Shown one piece after another: positions 32,344 through 42,476 of a stretch of 64,000 nt of DNA (position 1 is its first letter; every line of letters begins with the position of its first letter). Below the pieces are notes generated by a model. The model had not been told where the DNA came from, did not search any database, and was given only the letters and a program-made list of their open reading frames with translations. Both the position numbers and the translations under genes were made by a program. This stretch comes from Gemmatimonadota bacterium (GTDB lineage: Bacteria; Gemmatimonadota; Gemmatimonadetes; Longimicrobiales; Gaopeijiaceae). Location: the NCBI GenBank assembly GCA_039589315.1, contig JBDHHQ010000001.1, positions 103,995-167,994 of the forward strand. Reading direction: 5' to 3'.

Positions 32344-33608
32344 AGCTCACCTCGGTCGTGATCGTCGCTCTTGTCATGCTCAGGTCCGCGCTGCACGGCG
32401 GAGATCTCGCGGCACAGTCGCTGCTCGTTCCCATGGACCGGGACCAGTCGAACCACCTCAAGGCGTACGGCCTCACGTTCTGGGCGCTCGAGCAGGGCGC
32501 TCGCGCCGAGTGGTTCCTGAACTATCGGGGCGGCTCGTTCCTGCTTCCGGATCGACCGGACCTGCGGCGGGAGGCGGCGCTCCGGGGCGTGAGCTTCGAG
32601 CCGATCGGTGGTGCCGACGAAGCGGGCATCCGCGGGCTGATCCAGGAGTCCAACATGGAGGCGGTGGTATTGGAGAAGGCGCCCAGGATCGCCATCTACA
32701 CGCCGCCCAACTCGACGCCCTGGGACGACGCGGTGACCATGGCCCTCACCTACGCCGAGATCGACTACGAGACGATCTGGGACCCGGAGGTGGTGGGGGG
32801 CGAGCTGGCGGACTACGAGTGGCTCCACCTCCACCACGAGGACTTCACGGGCCAGTACTCCAAGTTCTACATCACGTACGCAGGGGCGCCGTGGTTGCAG
32901 GAGGAGGTGGCCCGGAACGAGGAGGTGGCGCGGCGACTGGGCTTCGCCACGGTGCCCGCGCTCAAGAAATCGGTGGCCGCGGGCATCCGAGGGTACGTCG
33001 AAGCGGGCGGGTTCCTCTTCGCCATGTGCTCGGCGACGGAGACCCTCGAGCTGGCCCTGGGCGCCGAGGCCGTGGACATCGCGGCCGCCTACTCCGACGG
33101 CAGCCCTCCGGACCCCCAGGCCTCGACAAAGATGAACTGGGGCGCGACGATGGCGTTCCAGGACGCGGAGGTGCAGGTGGCGCCGTCGGTGAACGCGTTC
33201 AGCGACATCGACGGTCACCAGGTGAACACGCCCTGGCGGCAGGAGCTGGGCGCCTTCAGCCTGTTCGACTTCTCCGCCAAGTTCGATCCGGTGCCCGCCA
33301 TGCTCACCCAGAACCACGAGTCCGTGCTTCCCGACTTCTACGGACTCACGACCTCGTTCCGCGTGGATCGGCTCAAGCCGGGGGCCGTCGTGCTTGCCCG
33401 GGAGGGAGAGGTGGCCAAGTACGTGCACGGTAATCATGGCGAGGGCACCTGGACCTTCTTCGGGGGGCACGATCCGGAGGACCCCGAGCATCAGATCGGC
33501 GATCCGCCCACCGACCTGGATCTGCACCCCAACTCGCCGGGCTATCGGCTGATCCTGAACAACGTCCTCTTCCCGGCGGCCAAGAAGAAGAATCTGAAGA
33601 CGGACTGA
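32340..33608 (+). CDS. Conserved exported protein with GATase-like motif (family often labelled 'asparagine synthetase B')
   Basis: PMD..Q.NHLKAYG, WDDAV, WLHLHHEDFTGQY, GGFLFAMCSAT, GGHDPED. Confidence 0.7.
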   Translation: MKLTSVVIVALVMLRSALHGGDLAAQSLLVPMDRDQSNHLKAYGLTFWALEQGARAEWFLNYRGGSFLLPDRPDLRREAALRGVSFEPIGGADEAGIRGLIQESNMEAVVLEKAPRIAIYTPPNSTPWDDAVTMALTYAEIDYETIWDPEVVGGELADYEWLHLHHEDFTGQYSKFYITYAGAPWLQEEVARNEEVARRLGFATVPALKKSVAAGIRGYVEAGGFLFAMCSATETLELALGAEAVDIAAAYSDGSPPDPQASTKMNWGATMAFQDAEVQVAPSVNAFSDIDGHQVNTPWRQELGAFSLFDFSAKFDPVPAMLTQNHESVLPDFYGLTTSFRVDRLKPGAVVLAREGEVAKYVHGNHGEGTWTFFGGHDPEDPEHQIGDPPTDLDLHPNSPGYRLILNNVLFPAAKKKNLKTD

Positions 33609-33675
33609 CGCCACCGACCCGGCCGCGATCCGCTCGTCCCCTGGCCCCGTCCGCGCCGTTCAGTAGACTTAACGG

Positions 33676-36312
33676 ATGACCCGCACGCCCACGCCCTTGC
33701 GCCTCACCCCGGAGGCAGCCCGGTACGTCCGTGGCGAGATACGACGGGCCCAGGGCCGCGAGGTCTGCTTCCTCGCTCGCGTCACCCCCGAGCGGCTCGT
33801 GGTGGAGCCTCGTGCCGTGTCGCGGGGCAACCGCGACGCCGTCCTGGCCGCGGCCAGGGACGAGACCGAGGGTGGGGTGATGCTCCACAACCACCCCACC
33901 GGGGTGCTCGAGCCCTCCGACGCCGATCTGGCCGTGGCGGCTCGACTGTTCGAGCGCGGCCTGGGCACGGCCATCGTGGACAACGCGGTGGACCGGATCT
34001 ACGTGGTGGTGGAGCCCCCCAAGCCCCGCCGGCGCGAGCCGCTGGACGCCGATGTCCTTTCCACCGTGCTGGCCCCGGGCGGGGGCCTCTCGACCGTGCA
34101 CGCGGGCTACGAGGACCGTGCCGGCCAGCGCGAGATGCTGCGGATGGTGACGCGCGGCTACAACGAGGGTGGCGTCTCGCTGGTGGAGGCGGGCACCGGC
34201 ACCGGAAAGTCGTTGGCGTACCTCGTGCCGGCGGCAGCCTGGGCCCGCGCGAATCGGGAGCGGACCATCGTTGCCACCGCCACGCTCAACCTCCAGGAGC
34301 AGTTGGTGGAGAAGGATCTGCCGCTCGTGGAGACCGTGCTGGGGACGGGGGTTCGATGGGCCCTGGTGAAGGGACGGGGCAACTACGTCTCGATCCGACG
34401 TGCCTACCTGGCGGCCGAGTCCGCGCCCTCGTTGTTCGAGGAGGATCGATCCGGCGAGATCGACGCGCTGCTGGAGTGGATGGACACCACCACCGACGGC
34501 TCCCGGGCCGACTTGCCCTTCGTGCCCTCCGACGAGACGTGGGAGGAGGTGCGGAGCGACCCCGACATCTGCCTGCGCGCTCGTTGCCCCCACTTCCAGC
34601 AGTGCTTCTACCAGGCGTCGCGCAGGCGCGCCGCCGCTGCCGAGGTCCTGGTCGCCAACCACCATCTGCTGTTTACGGACCTGTCGGTCCGCATGGCCAG
34701 CGGCAACTTCACCGACTCCGCCGTGCTGCCCCCCTACCGGCACCTGGTGCTGGACGAAGCGCACAACGTCGAGGACGCGGCCACGGCGCACCTGGGCGTG
34801 GAGGCCACGCGTCGCGGGCTCTTTCGGAGCCTTGCCCGGCTGGATCGCAACGGAAGGGGTGTGCTGAGCGCGATCCAGGATCAGCTGGGCGGCGATCCGG
34901 AGCGTGGAGCGGCGAAGGCGCACCGGTCCCGGATCGAAGAGCGGATTCGCCCCGCTCTCGACGAGGCCCGGTCGGGCCTGAGTCTGTTCATGGACGACCT
35001 CGAGCCCCTGGCTCCGACGACGGGTGAGCCCGTGCGCCTCGGCGTGGGGTCCGCCGAGGAGCCACTGATGCGGGCCGGCCTGCGGGAGCGCTACGACACG
35101 GTAATGACCGGGTTCCTGGACCTGGAGCGACGGATCGCCGAGCTCCGCTCCCGCATCGAGATGGATTCCGCGTGGGCCGAGTCGCTGGACGGCCGGCTCT
35201 TGGACCTGCGGAGCAGTGAGCGCCGTCTGGAGACGGCTCGCCGGGCGCTGCGCCTGGCGTTGAATCCTCCCGCCGACGCCCCCGAGTTCGTGCGTTGGAT
35301 GGAGCTCCGGCGGACCGGCCGGCGGAAGACGGGAAACCTGGCCCTGGCCGCGGCGCCGGTGGAGGTGGGCCGGCTCCTGAGGGAAGGCATGTTCGAGCGC
35401 CTGGAGTCGGGCGTGCTCACGTCCGCCACTCTCACGACCCGAGGCCGGTTCGACTTCATGCGTCAGCGGCTCGGACTGGAGACCGGGCGGCAGACCGACG
35501 ACCCCGACCTCGCGCCGCAATACGACGAGGTCGAGACCCCGGCGCAGACCGACGACGACGACGACGTCCTCTCGGTGGTCGAGGCGGCCTTCCCCTCGCC
35601 CTTCGACTTCGGCCGCCAGACCCTGTTCTGCGTGCCCACCGACCTGCCGGACGCGGCGGCGTCCCACGACGAGTTCCAGGAGGCCTCGGCCCGGGCCGTC
35701 GAGTCGTTGGCGCGCCTGACCGAAGGAGGGCTGTTCGTCCTGTTCACGTCGCATGGCGCCGTGCGCCGGGTGGCGGCGCTGCTCCGCCGGCAGGGACTGC
35801 CTTGGCCTCTCTTCGTCCACGGCGAGGCGCAGCGGGCACGGCTCCTGGGCGACTTCATCGAGGCGGGAGACGGCATTCTCCTGGGAACGGCGTCGTTCTG
35901 GGAGGGCGTCGACGTTCCCGGCCATCCGCTTCGGGGCCTCGTGATCCAGAAGCTGCCGTTCCGCGTGCCTACCGAGCCCATCACGGAGGCCCGCGTGGAG
36001 GCGCTGGAGCGGCATGGGGGCAACGCCTTCTGGGACTTCATGTTGCCACACGCCGCCCTGAGGCTGAAGCAGGGCTTCGGACGCCTGGTGCGGTCCCGCG
36101 ACGACCGGGGGGCCGTCGTGCTCCTGGACGACCGGATCCTGCGCAAGCGCTACGGGCGCTACCTACGGGACTCGCTCCCGCCCGCGCCCCTCGTGAAGGG
36201 GCCCTGGGACGAGGTCATGATGGCCCTTCGCAAGTTCTACGGGCTTGTCCCCGGAGTGCCACCCGACCAGATTACGCGCCGTCAACCCGACGCACCTTCG
36301 AACACGACGTAA
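33676..36312 (+). CDS. DinG/YoaA-family helicase with N-terminal JAB/MPN (RadC-like) domain
   Basis: HNHPTG...PSDAD JAMM motif; EAGTGTGKS, DEAH, FWEGVD, QGFGRLVR. Confidence 0.9.
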   Translation: MTRTPTPLRLTPEAARYVRGEIRRAQGREVCFLARVTPERLVVEPRAVSRGNRDAVLAAARDETEGGVMLHNHPTGVLEPSDADLAVAARLFERGLGTAIVDNAVDRIYVVVEPPKPRRREPLDADVLSTVLAPGGGLSTVHAGYEDRAGQREMLRMVTRGYNEGGVSLVEAGTGTGKSLAYLVPAAAWARANRERTIVATATLNLQEQLVEKDLPLVETVLGTGVRWALVKGRGNYVSIRRAYLAAESAPSLFEEDRSGEIDALLEWMDTTTDGSRADLPFVPSDETWEEVRSDPDICLRARCPHFQQCFYQASRRRAAAAEVLVANHHLLFTDLSVRMASGNFTDSAVLPPYRHLVLDEAHNVEDAATAHLGVEATRRGLFRSLARLDRNGRGVLSAIQDQLGGDPERGAAKAHRSRIEERIRPALDEARSGLSLFMDDLEPLAPTTGEPVRLGVGSAEEPLMRAGLRERYDTVMTGFLDLERRIAELRSRIEMDSAWAESLDGRLLDLRSSERRLETARRALRLALNPPADAPEFVRWMELRRTGRRKTGNLALAAAPVEVGRLLREGMFERLESGVLTSATLTTRGRFDFMRQRLGLETGRQTDDPDLAPQYDEVETPAQTDDDDDVLSVVEAAFPSPFDFGRQTLFCVPTDLPDAAASHDEFQEASARAVESLARLTEGGLFVLFTSHGAVRRVAALLRRQGLPWPLFVHGEAQRARLLGDFIEAGDGILLGTASFWEGVDVPGHPLRGLVIQKLPFRVPTEPITEARVEALERHGGNAFWDFMLPHAALRLKQGFGRLVRSRDDRGAVVLLDDRILRKRYGRYLRDSLPPAPLVKGPWDEVMMALRKFYGLVPGVPPDQITRRQPDAPSNTT

Positions 36313-36318
36313 GCGCAG

Positions 36319-36516
36319 ATGAAGCGTATCATCGGTCTGGTCATCGGAATGATCTGGCTGTTCATGGCTGGCCTCGCCTACCGCCAGTCGGCGGGGGGTT
36401 GGGCAACCGGGCACTCCGATCTCGGATTCTGGTTCGCGGTGATCGGCTCCCTCCTGGCCATCGCCGGGGTGGGCTGCATCATCGGCACCATCATCCATAC
36501 CCGGCCGGCGTCGTAG
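36319..36516 (+). CDS. Small two-TM membrane protein
   Basis: 65 aa, two hydrophobic helices. Confidence 0.6.
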   Translation: MKRIIGLVIGMIWLFMAGLAYRQSAGGWATGHSDLGFWFAVIGSLLAIAGVGCIIGTIIHTRPAS

Positions 36517-36588
36517 CGCCCATTCGCGGCGGCCCCCGGGCCTCCCGGCTCCGGGCTCCACAACTCCAGCGACACGCCAGGTGAGCCC

Positions 36589-37221
36589 ATGATTCCACTC
36601 GCCGCGCCCTCCAAGATCGTGTGCGTGGGCAGGAACTACCTGGCCCACGCTGCCGAGCTGGGCAACGTCCTGCCCGACGAGCCGCTCCTGTTCTTCAAGC
36701 CTCCGTCCTCGCTCGTGGGTCCGGGCGACCCGATACTGGTCCCGCCGGGCGTGGGACGCGTCGACTTCGAGGGAGAGATCGGCGTCGTAATTGGTCGCAG
36801 GGCCCGAGCAGTGTCCGAGTCGGAGGCGTCCACCTACGTCGATGCGGTCCTCGCGCTGAACGACGTCACGGCCCGGGATCTACAACGGAAGGACAACCAG
36901 TGGGCCCGGGCCAAGGGCTTCGACACCTTCTGCGCCGTGGGCGCGCCGGTCCCAGCCGACGTCCTGGACCTCACGCAGCTCTCCGTCGTCACCCGCGTCA
37001 ACGGCGAGGAGCGACAGCGGGGCCAGGCACGGGACATGGCGTTCTCCATCCCGTTCCTGATCGCGTACATCTCGGCGATCATGACCCTCGAGCCAGGGGA
37101 TGTCCTGGCCACCGGCACTCCCGAGGGCGTGGGCCCCCTGTCGGTGGGCGACACCGTCGAGGTCGAGATCCCGGGGGTCAGCGTGCTCTCCAATCCCGTC
37201 CGGGCCAGGGGCGAGCCGTGA
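36589..37221 (+). CDS. Fumarylacetoacetate hydrolase family protein
   Basis: CVGRNY, FFKP, DFEGE, NDVTARD, KGFDTF, TGTPEGVG. Confidence 0.92.
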   Translation: MIPLAAPSKIVCVGRNYLAHAAELGNVLPDEPLLFFKPPSSLVGPGDPILVPPGVGRVDFEGEIGVVIGRRARAVSESEASTYVDAVLALNDVTARDLQRKDNQWARAKGFDTFCAVGAPVPADVLDLTQLSVVTRVNGEERQRGQARDMAFSIPFLIAYISAIMTLEPGDVLATGTPEGVGPLSVGDTVEVEIPGVSVLSNPVRARGEP

Positions 37222-37288
37222 CGGGTTCGTTGCAGCGGTGTGCATCGGCCCCGGGGCGAGTCCACGTCGAGAGCGTTCGGCGGCGCCC

Positions 37289-38467
37289 GTGATTCCCGAG
37301 CACAGCGGGGTCTACGAGCGGCTTCCGGGGTACCCGCTGGCCGGGATCCCGGAGATCCGCCGCCGGCTGTTGGCCGAGGGGGTGGACCTGATCGACCTGG
37401 GCGCAGGCGACGCGGATCTGGATCCGCCCCAGGTGGCTGTCGAGGCGCTGCGCGCGGCCGCGGGCGTGCGGCGCATGTCCCGCTACGCCTTTCAGCTGGG
37501 CCTCCCCGACTTCCGGGAAGCCGTGGCGGCGTGGATGGAGCACCGGTTCGGCGTATCCGTGGACCCCTTCGAGGAGCTCGTGCCCCTCATCGGGTCGAAG
37601 GAGGGTCTGGCGCATCTGCCGTTCGCCTACATGGACCACGCCGACGTGGCGGTCATGCCGGACCCGGGCTACGCCGTGTACCAGGGCGGGGTGATCCTGG
37701 CCGGCGGAGAGCCACACCTGGTGCCGCTCCGCCCCGAGAACGACTTCCTGGTCCCCCTGGAGGAGCTGCCGACCTACGTGGTGGAGCGCACCCGGATCAT
37801 CTACCTGAACTATCCCAACAACCCCACCGCCGCGTGGGCCTCCCGGGACTACCTCCAGGGCGCGGTGGATTTCTGCCGAGGCATCGGCGCGATCCTCTTG
37901 CACGACAACGCCTACTCCGAGATCGCCTTCGACGGGTACCGCCCCCCTTCGATTCTCGAGATGGACGGGGCGATGGACGTGGCCGTCGAGTTCCACTCCT
38001 TCTCCAAGACGTACAACATGACGGGGTGGCGCCTGGCCTGGGCGGCGGGGAACCGGCGCGTGATCGCGGCGCTTTCCCGGGTGAAGTCCTTCACCGACAC
38101 GGGCGCCTTCCTGGCAGTCCAGGCGGCGGGCGCTGCCGCCTTGGGAAGCTACGAGGAATGGGTGCCACAAAACGTGGCGCGGTTCCAATCGCGGCGGGAT
38201 GCTGCGGTGGAGGCGCTAACGGCTGCGGGCTTCACGCTGTCCGCACCCAGGGCGACACCATACCTGTGGCTTCCCGTTCCGGGAGCCGAGCCGGCGGCCG
38301 CGTTCACCAAGAGAGCCCTGGAGCAGGAGGGCGTGATCGTCCTGCCGGGCTCTGCTCTCGGTGCCGGCGGCGAGGGCTTCTTTCGCATCGCGCTGACGGC
38401 CAGGGAGGAGAGGTTGGCCGAGGCGGCGGCGCGCCTGGGCCGGGTTCGGAGGGGCGTCGTGGGCTGA
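37289..38467 (+). CDS. Class I/II PLP aminotransferase, probable LL-diaminopimelate aminotransferase
   Basis: GSKEG, NYPNNPT, DNAY, FHSFSKTYNMTGWR. Confidence 0.8.
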   Translation: MIPEHSGVYERLPGYPLAGIPEIRRRLLAEGVDLIDLGAGDADLDPPQVAVEALRAAAGVRRMSRYAFQLGLPDFREAVAAWMEHRFGVSVDPFEELVPLIGSKEGLAHLPFAYMDHADVAVMPDPGYAVYQGGVILAGGEPHLVPLRPENDFLVPLEELPTYVVERTRIIYLNYPNNPTAAWASRDYLQGAVDFCRGIGAILLHDNAYSEIAFDGYRPPSILEMDGAMDVAVEFHSFSKTYNMTGWRLAWAAGNRRVIAALSRVKSFTDTGAFLAVQAAGAAALGSYEEWVPQNVARFQSRRDAAVEALTAAGFTLSAPRATPYLWLPVPGAEPAAAFTKRALEQEGVIVLPGSALGAGGEGFFRIALTAREERLAEAAARLGRVRRGVVG

Positions 38468-38628
38468 GGGTTACCGTCCGAAACCACCCGGGCAAGGGCG
38501 GGGCGGCGGGACAACCACGAGGGGGGTGGATCCGAGTCCAAAGGTCGGGTCCGGATGCGGCGGAAGCGGCCGATCGGTAGCTCAGAAACGGCTGATTGGC
38601 GCCGGGAACCGGGGATTACGGCGGGGTT

Positions 38629-39498
38629 ATGAGATCCATGGCGCAAACCGAGGCAGGGACCGCGGAACGGCCGGAAGGCCTCCCGGATGAGGTCCAGGAG
38701 CGCAGGCGGCGGCGCTCCCCGGTTCTCGCCATCTCTCTCTTCGTCTCCGTCCTCATCCACCTCGCGCTCCTCCTCTTCTACCCGTTATGGGTGAGCTACG
38801 TGGCCCCGGAGGCAGGGCCGCCCTTGCCGCCGCGCTTCGTCCGCCCCGAGGGCACCGAGGTGATCCTGATCCGGGAGGTGGCGGAGGACGTCATCGACCT
38901 GGAGCCGCAGCCCGAGCCATTCCCCGAGGTGACGCGGGAGGAACTGCCGCAGCGGCCGGGACCCGAGGTGGTCACGCCCGAAGTGGAGATCGTCGAGGAC
39001 TACACGCCCGCCGAGCGACTCCGACCGACCGAGGAGACGGCCCGCCTCTGGGCCCCCGTGGACCGGGAGCTGACGGATCTCACCCCGGAAGAGCGGCTGC
39101 AGCTCGAGATCGAGATCTCCATCGACGCATGGAACGACTCGGTGGCCGCGGAGATCGACGCGGCCAGGGCCGCCACGGACTGGACCACGACCGACGCGAG
39201 CGGGAACCGCTGGGGTATCTCACCCGGGAAGCTCCACCTGGGGAAGGTGACCCTACCACTGCCGATCTACTTCGGCCCCTCCAACGGCGTTCAACGGGAC
39301 GAGCTGGCCAAGAGGGCGTACGAGCTCGGAGACATCGAGCGGGGAGCGTCCACCGGCGCCGTGCGCGAGACGCTGAAGGAACGGGCCAAGGCCATCCGTC
39401 AACGGCGTGACGCCGAGCGCGCCCAGGACGGGGGTGAGGTCGACCCTCCCGGGGGTGGGAGCGAGACTCCTCCGGACACCACCCGGGGCAGGAACTAG
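38629..39498 (+). CDS. Hypothetical single-pass membrane protein with TonB-like anchor
   Basis: SVLIH TM motif, Pro/Glu-rich linker, WGISPG domain. Confidence 0.65.
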   Translation: MRSMAQTEAGTAERPEGLPDEVQERRRRRSPVLAISLFVSVLIHLALLLFYPLWVSYVAPEAGPPLPPRFVRPEGTEVILIREVAEDVIDLEPQPEPFPEVTREELPQRPGPEVVTPEVEIVEDYTPAERLRPTEETARLWAPVDRELTDLTPEERLQLEIEISIDAWNDSVAAEIDAARAATDWTTTDASGNRWGISPGKLHLGKVTLPLPIYFGPSNGVQRDELAKRAYELGDIERGASTGAVRETLKERAKAIRQRRDAERAQDGGEVDPPGGGSETPPDTTRGRN

Positions 39499-39545
39499 CG
39501 GCGAACCACCGCGGCGGCCCCGGGGCATCGGGCGCGCCGGCCAAA

Positions 39546-39575
39546 TTGACGGCCCTTTCGCGTTCGCGGTAAACT
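39546..39575 (+). promoter_or_regulatory. Putative sigma70 promoter of valS
   Basis: TTGACG-N18-TAAACT. Confidence 0.6.
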
Positions 39576-39694
39576 TTCAGGCTCGCTGGGAAGCGGCGGA
39601 CTCTCCTGGCACTACGCACCACTACCCACCGTGACGAAGGACCCGTCCATCGGCCGAGGCCGATGACGGGCCTCTGATCGGAATAGGACACATC

Positions 39695-42451
39695 GTGGCC
39701 GAACAGCTGTCTTCCCGATTCGACCCGAAGGCGATCGAGGGCACCATCTACAAGGCGTGGAAAGACGCCGGTTACTTCCACGTTCCCGCGAGCCGGGTGT
39801 TGGAGGGAGGGGCCGATCCCTTCGTCATCGTCATCCCGCCGCCCAACGTCACCGCGGTCCTCCACGCCGGGCACGGCCTGAACAACACCATCCAGGACGT
39901 GCTGATCCGCTGGCGGCGGATGCAGGGGCGCGCGTCGGAGTGGTTGCCCGGCACCGATCACGCGGGCATCGCCACACAGAACGTGGTGGAGCGCCTCCTG
40001 GCAATGGAGGGCGTCACCCGGGACGACCTGGGCCGCGACGCCTTCGTCGACCGGGTCTGGGAGTACGTCCGCGAGACCGGCGGCACCATTCTGGAGCAGC
40101 TCGAGGCCATCGGGTGCTCGTGCGACTGGGAACGGACGGCGTTCACGCTGGATCCGGGTCTGAGCCGGGCCGTGCGCGAGGTCTTCGTCCGTCTGTACGA
40201 CAAGGGGCTGATCTACCGCGGGGAGTACATCATCAACTGGTGCCCGCGCTGTCATACGGCGCTGTCGAACGAGGAGGCCGAGGGCGAGGAGGTCGTGGGG
40301 CGGCTGTATCACCTCCGCTACCCCTTCCCGGAGCCCTCGTGGGGCGCTGCCGAAGCGGCGTCCCACGCCGGGGCCGAAGCCATTGCCCGGCTCGCCGACG
40401 GTCGCTGGTACCTGACGGTCTCAACGACGCGACCGGAGACCATGCTGGGCGACACGGGTGTGGCGGTGAACCCCAGGGACGAGCGGTACGCACCCCTGGT
40501 GGGCGCGGACGTCGAGCTCCCGTTGACCGGGCGGACGATTCCCGTCGTGGCGGATCCCTACGTCGACGCGGACTTCGGCACCGGCATGGTCAAGGTCACT
40601 CCCGCCCACGACCCCAACGACTTCGAGATCGCCAAGAGAGCGGACCTTCCGTTGCTCGACATCATGACCGAGGCCGCCAGCCTGAACGAAAACGCCCCAG
40701 AGGCATTCCGAGGCATGGACCGCTTCGAGGCCCGCGACGCCGTCCTGGTCGCCCTGGAGACCGAGGGTCTGCTGGCCGGGAGCGACGCCCACACCCACTC
40801 GGTGCCTCACTGCTATCGCTGCCACACGGTGGTCGAGCCCCGGCTCTCGGAGCAGTGGTTCGTCAAGACGAAACCACTGGCCGAGCCGGCGCTCCAGGCC
40901 TCACGGGACGGCACGGTCACCTTCGCGCCGGTCCGGTGGAAGAAGGTGTATGAGCACTGGCTCGAGAATATCCGGGACTGGTGCATCTCACGGCAGCTGT
41001 GGTGGGGACACCGGATTCCCGTCTGGTACTGCGGCGACTGCAGCGAGGTGATCGCCGCCACGGAGGACCCGGATGTGTGCCGAAAGTGCGGCGGCGGCGA
41101 GCTGGAACAGGACCCCGACGTGCTGGACACGTGGTTCAGCTCCCAGCTTTGGCCGTTCTCGACCTTCGGCTGGCCCGACGACACCGACGACCTGAAGGCG
41201 TTCTATCCGGGGCACGTCCTTTCGACAGCCCCCGAGATCCTGTTCTTCTGGGTCGCCCGGATGATCATGATCGGCTACGAGGTCATGGGCGAGACGCCAT
41301 TCCGCGACGTGTACCTCCACGGGACGGTGCGAGACAGCCAGGGCCGCAAGATGTCCAAGTCGCTGGGCAACGGCATCGATCCGCTGGAAGTGGTCGACCG
41401 GTTCGGCGCCGACGCGCTTCGTTTCACGCTCATCTCGGCGGCGGGGGTCGGCACGGACCTCTATCTGGACCCGGACGATCTGGAGGCGTCGTTCTCCCCG
41501 GGCCGGAACTTCGCCAACAAGCTCTGGAACGCCGGCCGGTTCACGCTGACGAGCGTCGGTGACGCACCGGTGCGGCCGCTCCCGGAGGTTGAAGCGGACC
41601 TCGAGCTCGAGGACCGGTGGATCCTCGCGCGCCTCGACCGGGCGACCGTGAGCGTGAGCCGTGACCTGGAGCGGTTCCGTCTTCACGAGGTCGCGGACAC
41701 CCTCTATCACTTCTTCTGGGGCGACTTCGCCGACTGGTATCTCGAGCTGGTGAAGAGCCGGGTCCAGTCCGAGGACGACGCGAGCAGGGAGGCGGCCCGG
41801 AGTACTCTCGTCACGGTCTTCGACAGCATCTGCCGTCTGCTGCATCCACTCACTCCGTTCGTGACCGAGGAGCTCTGGGGACGCCTGCCCTGGCCCGAGG
41901 GAGGGGAGCGGCCGGAGGCCCTGATCGTCGCCTCCTGGCCCACACCGCAGCCGGGTCGTGCCGACGCCGACGCCGAAGCGCAGATGGCCGCGCTCCAGGA
42001 GCTCATCACGCAGGTGCGTAGCCTCCGCAAGGAGTACGGCGTGGGCGAAGGTCAGGAGGTGTCCGTCGTCCTCTCCGGGGCTCCGGCAGGATTCGATGAC
42101 ACGGTCCAGACCCAGGGCGCCGCCCTGCGCCGCCTGGCTCGCGTTGGGTCGGCCCAAAGCGGTGCGGTGCCCGAGCACGGGGTGGGGGCACACGCGGTCC
42201 TGGGGAATGGCACCGAGGTCTTCCTGCCGCTCGAAGGGGTCATCGACGTGGAGCGGGAAGTGGTCCGGCTTAGGGAAGAAGTCCAGAAGCTCGAGAACCA
42301 CGTGGCCGACGTGGACCGGCGCCTGGCCAATCAGGCCTTCGTGGAGCGCGCTCCCGCCGAGGTGGTGGAGCGGGAACGGGACAAAGCCCGTACCGCCCGG
42401 GAGCAGCTCGCCAAGCTCGGCGAGAAGCTGCACCACCTGGCTGGCCGCTGA
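39695..42451 (+). CDS. valS: Valine--tRNA ligase
   Basis: PPPNVT..HAGH, DWCISRQLWWGH, KMSKS, C-terminal coiled coil. Confidence 0.97.
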   Translation: MAEQLSSRFDPKAIEGTIYKAWKDAGYFHVPASRVLEGGADPFVIVIPPPNVTAVLHAGHGLNNTIQDVLIRWRRMQGRASEWLPGTDHAGIATQNVVERLLAMEGVTRDDLGRDAFVDRVWEYVRETGGTILEQLEAIGCSCDWERTAFTLDPGLSRAVREVFVRLYDKGLIYRGEYIINWCPRCHTALSNEEAEGEEVVGRLYHLRYPFPEPSWGAAEAASHAGAEAIARLADGRWYLTVSTTRPETMLGDTGVAVNPRDERYAPLVGADVELPLTGRTIPVVADPYVDADFGTGMVKVTPAHDPNDFEIAKRADLPLLDIMTEAASLNENAPEAFRGMDRFEARDAVLVALETEGLLAGSDAHTHSVPHCYRCHTVVEPRLSEQWFVKTKPLAEPALQASRDGTVTFAPVRWKKVYEHWLENIRDWCISRQLWWGHRIPVWYCGDCSEVIAATEDPDVCRKCGGGELEQDPDVLDTWFSSQLWPFSTFGWPDDTDDLKAFYPGHVLSTAPEILFFWVARMIMIGYEVMGETPFRDVYLHGTVRDSQGRKMSKSLGNGIDPLEVVDRFGADALRFTLISAAGVGTDLYLDPDDLEASFSPGRNFANKLWNAGRFTLTSVGDAPVRPLPEVEADLELEDRWILARLDRATVSVSRDLERFRLHEVADTLYHFFWGDFADWYLELVKSRVQSEDDASREAARSTLVTVFDSICRLLHPLTPFVTEELWGRLPWPEGGERPEALIVASWPTPQPGRADADAEAQMAALQELITQVRSLRKEYGVGEGQEVSVVLSGAPAGFDDTVQTQGAALRRLARVGSAQSGAVPEHGVGAHAVLGNGTEVFLPLEGVIDVEREVVRLREEVQKLENHVADVDRRLANQAFVERAPAEVVERERDKARTAREQLAKLGEKLHHLAGR

Positions 42452-42476
42452 GCGTGCGTGCCCGGAAGGATGCGGG

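Noticed and set aside
32340..33608. Calling this gene asnB
   Set aside because: No N-terminal Cys glutaminase domain or SGGLDS motif, and it has a signal peptide
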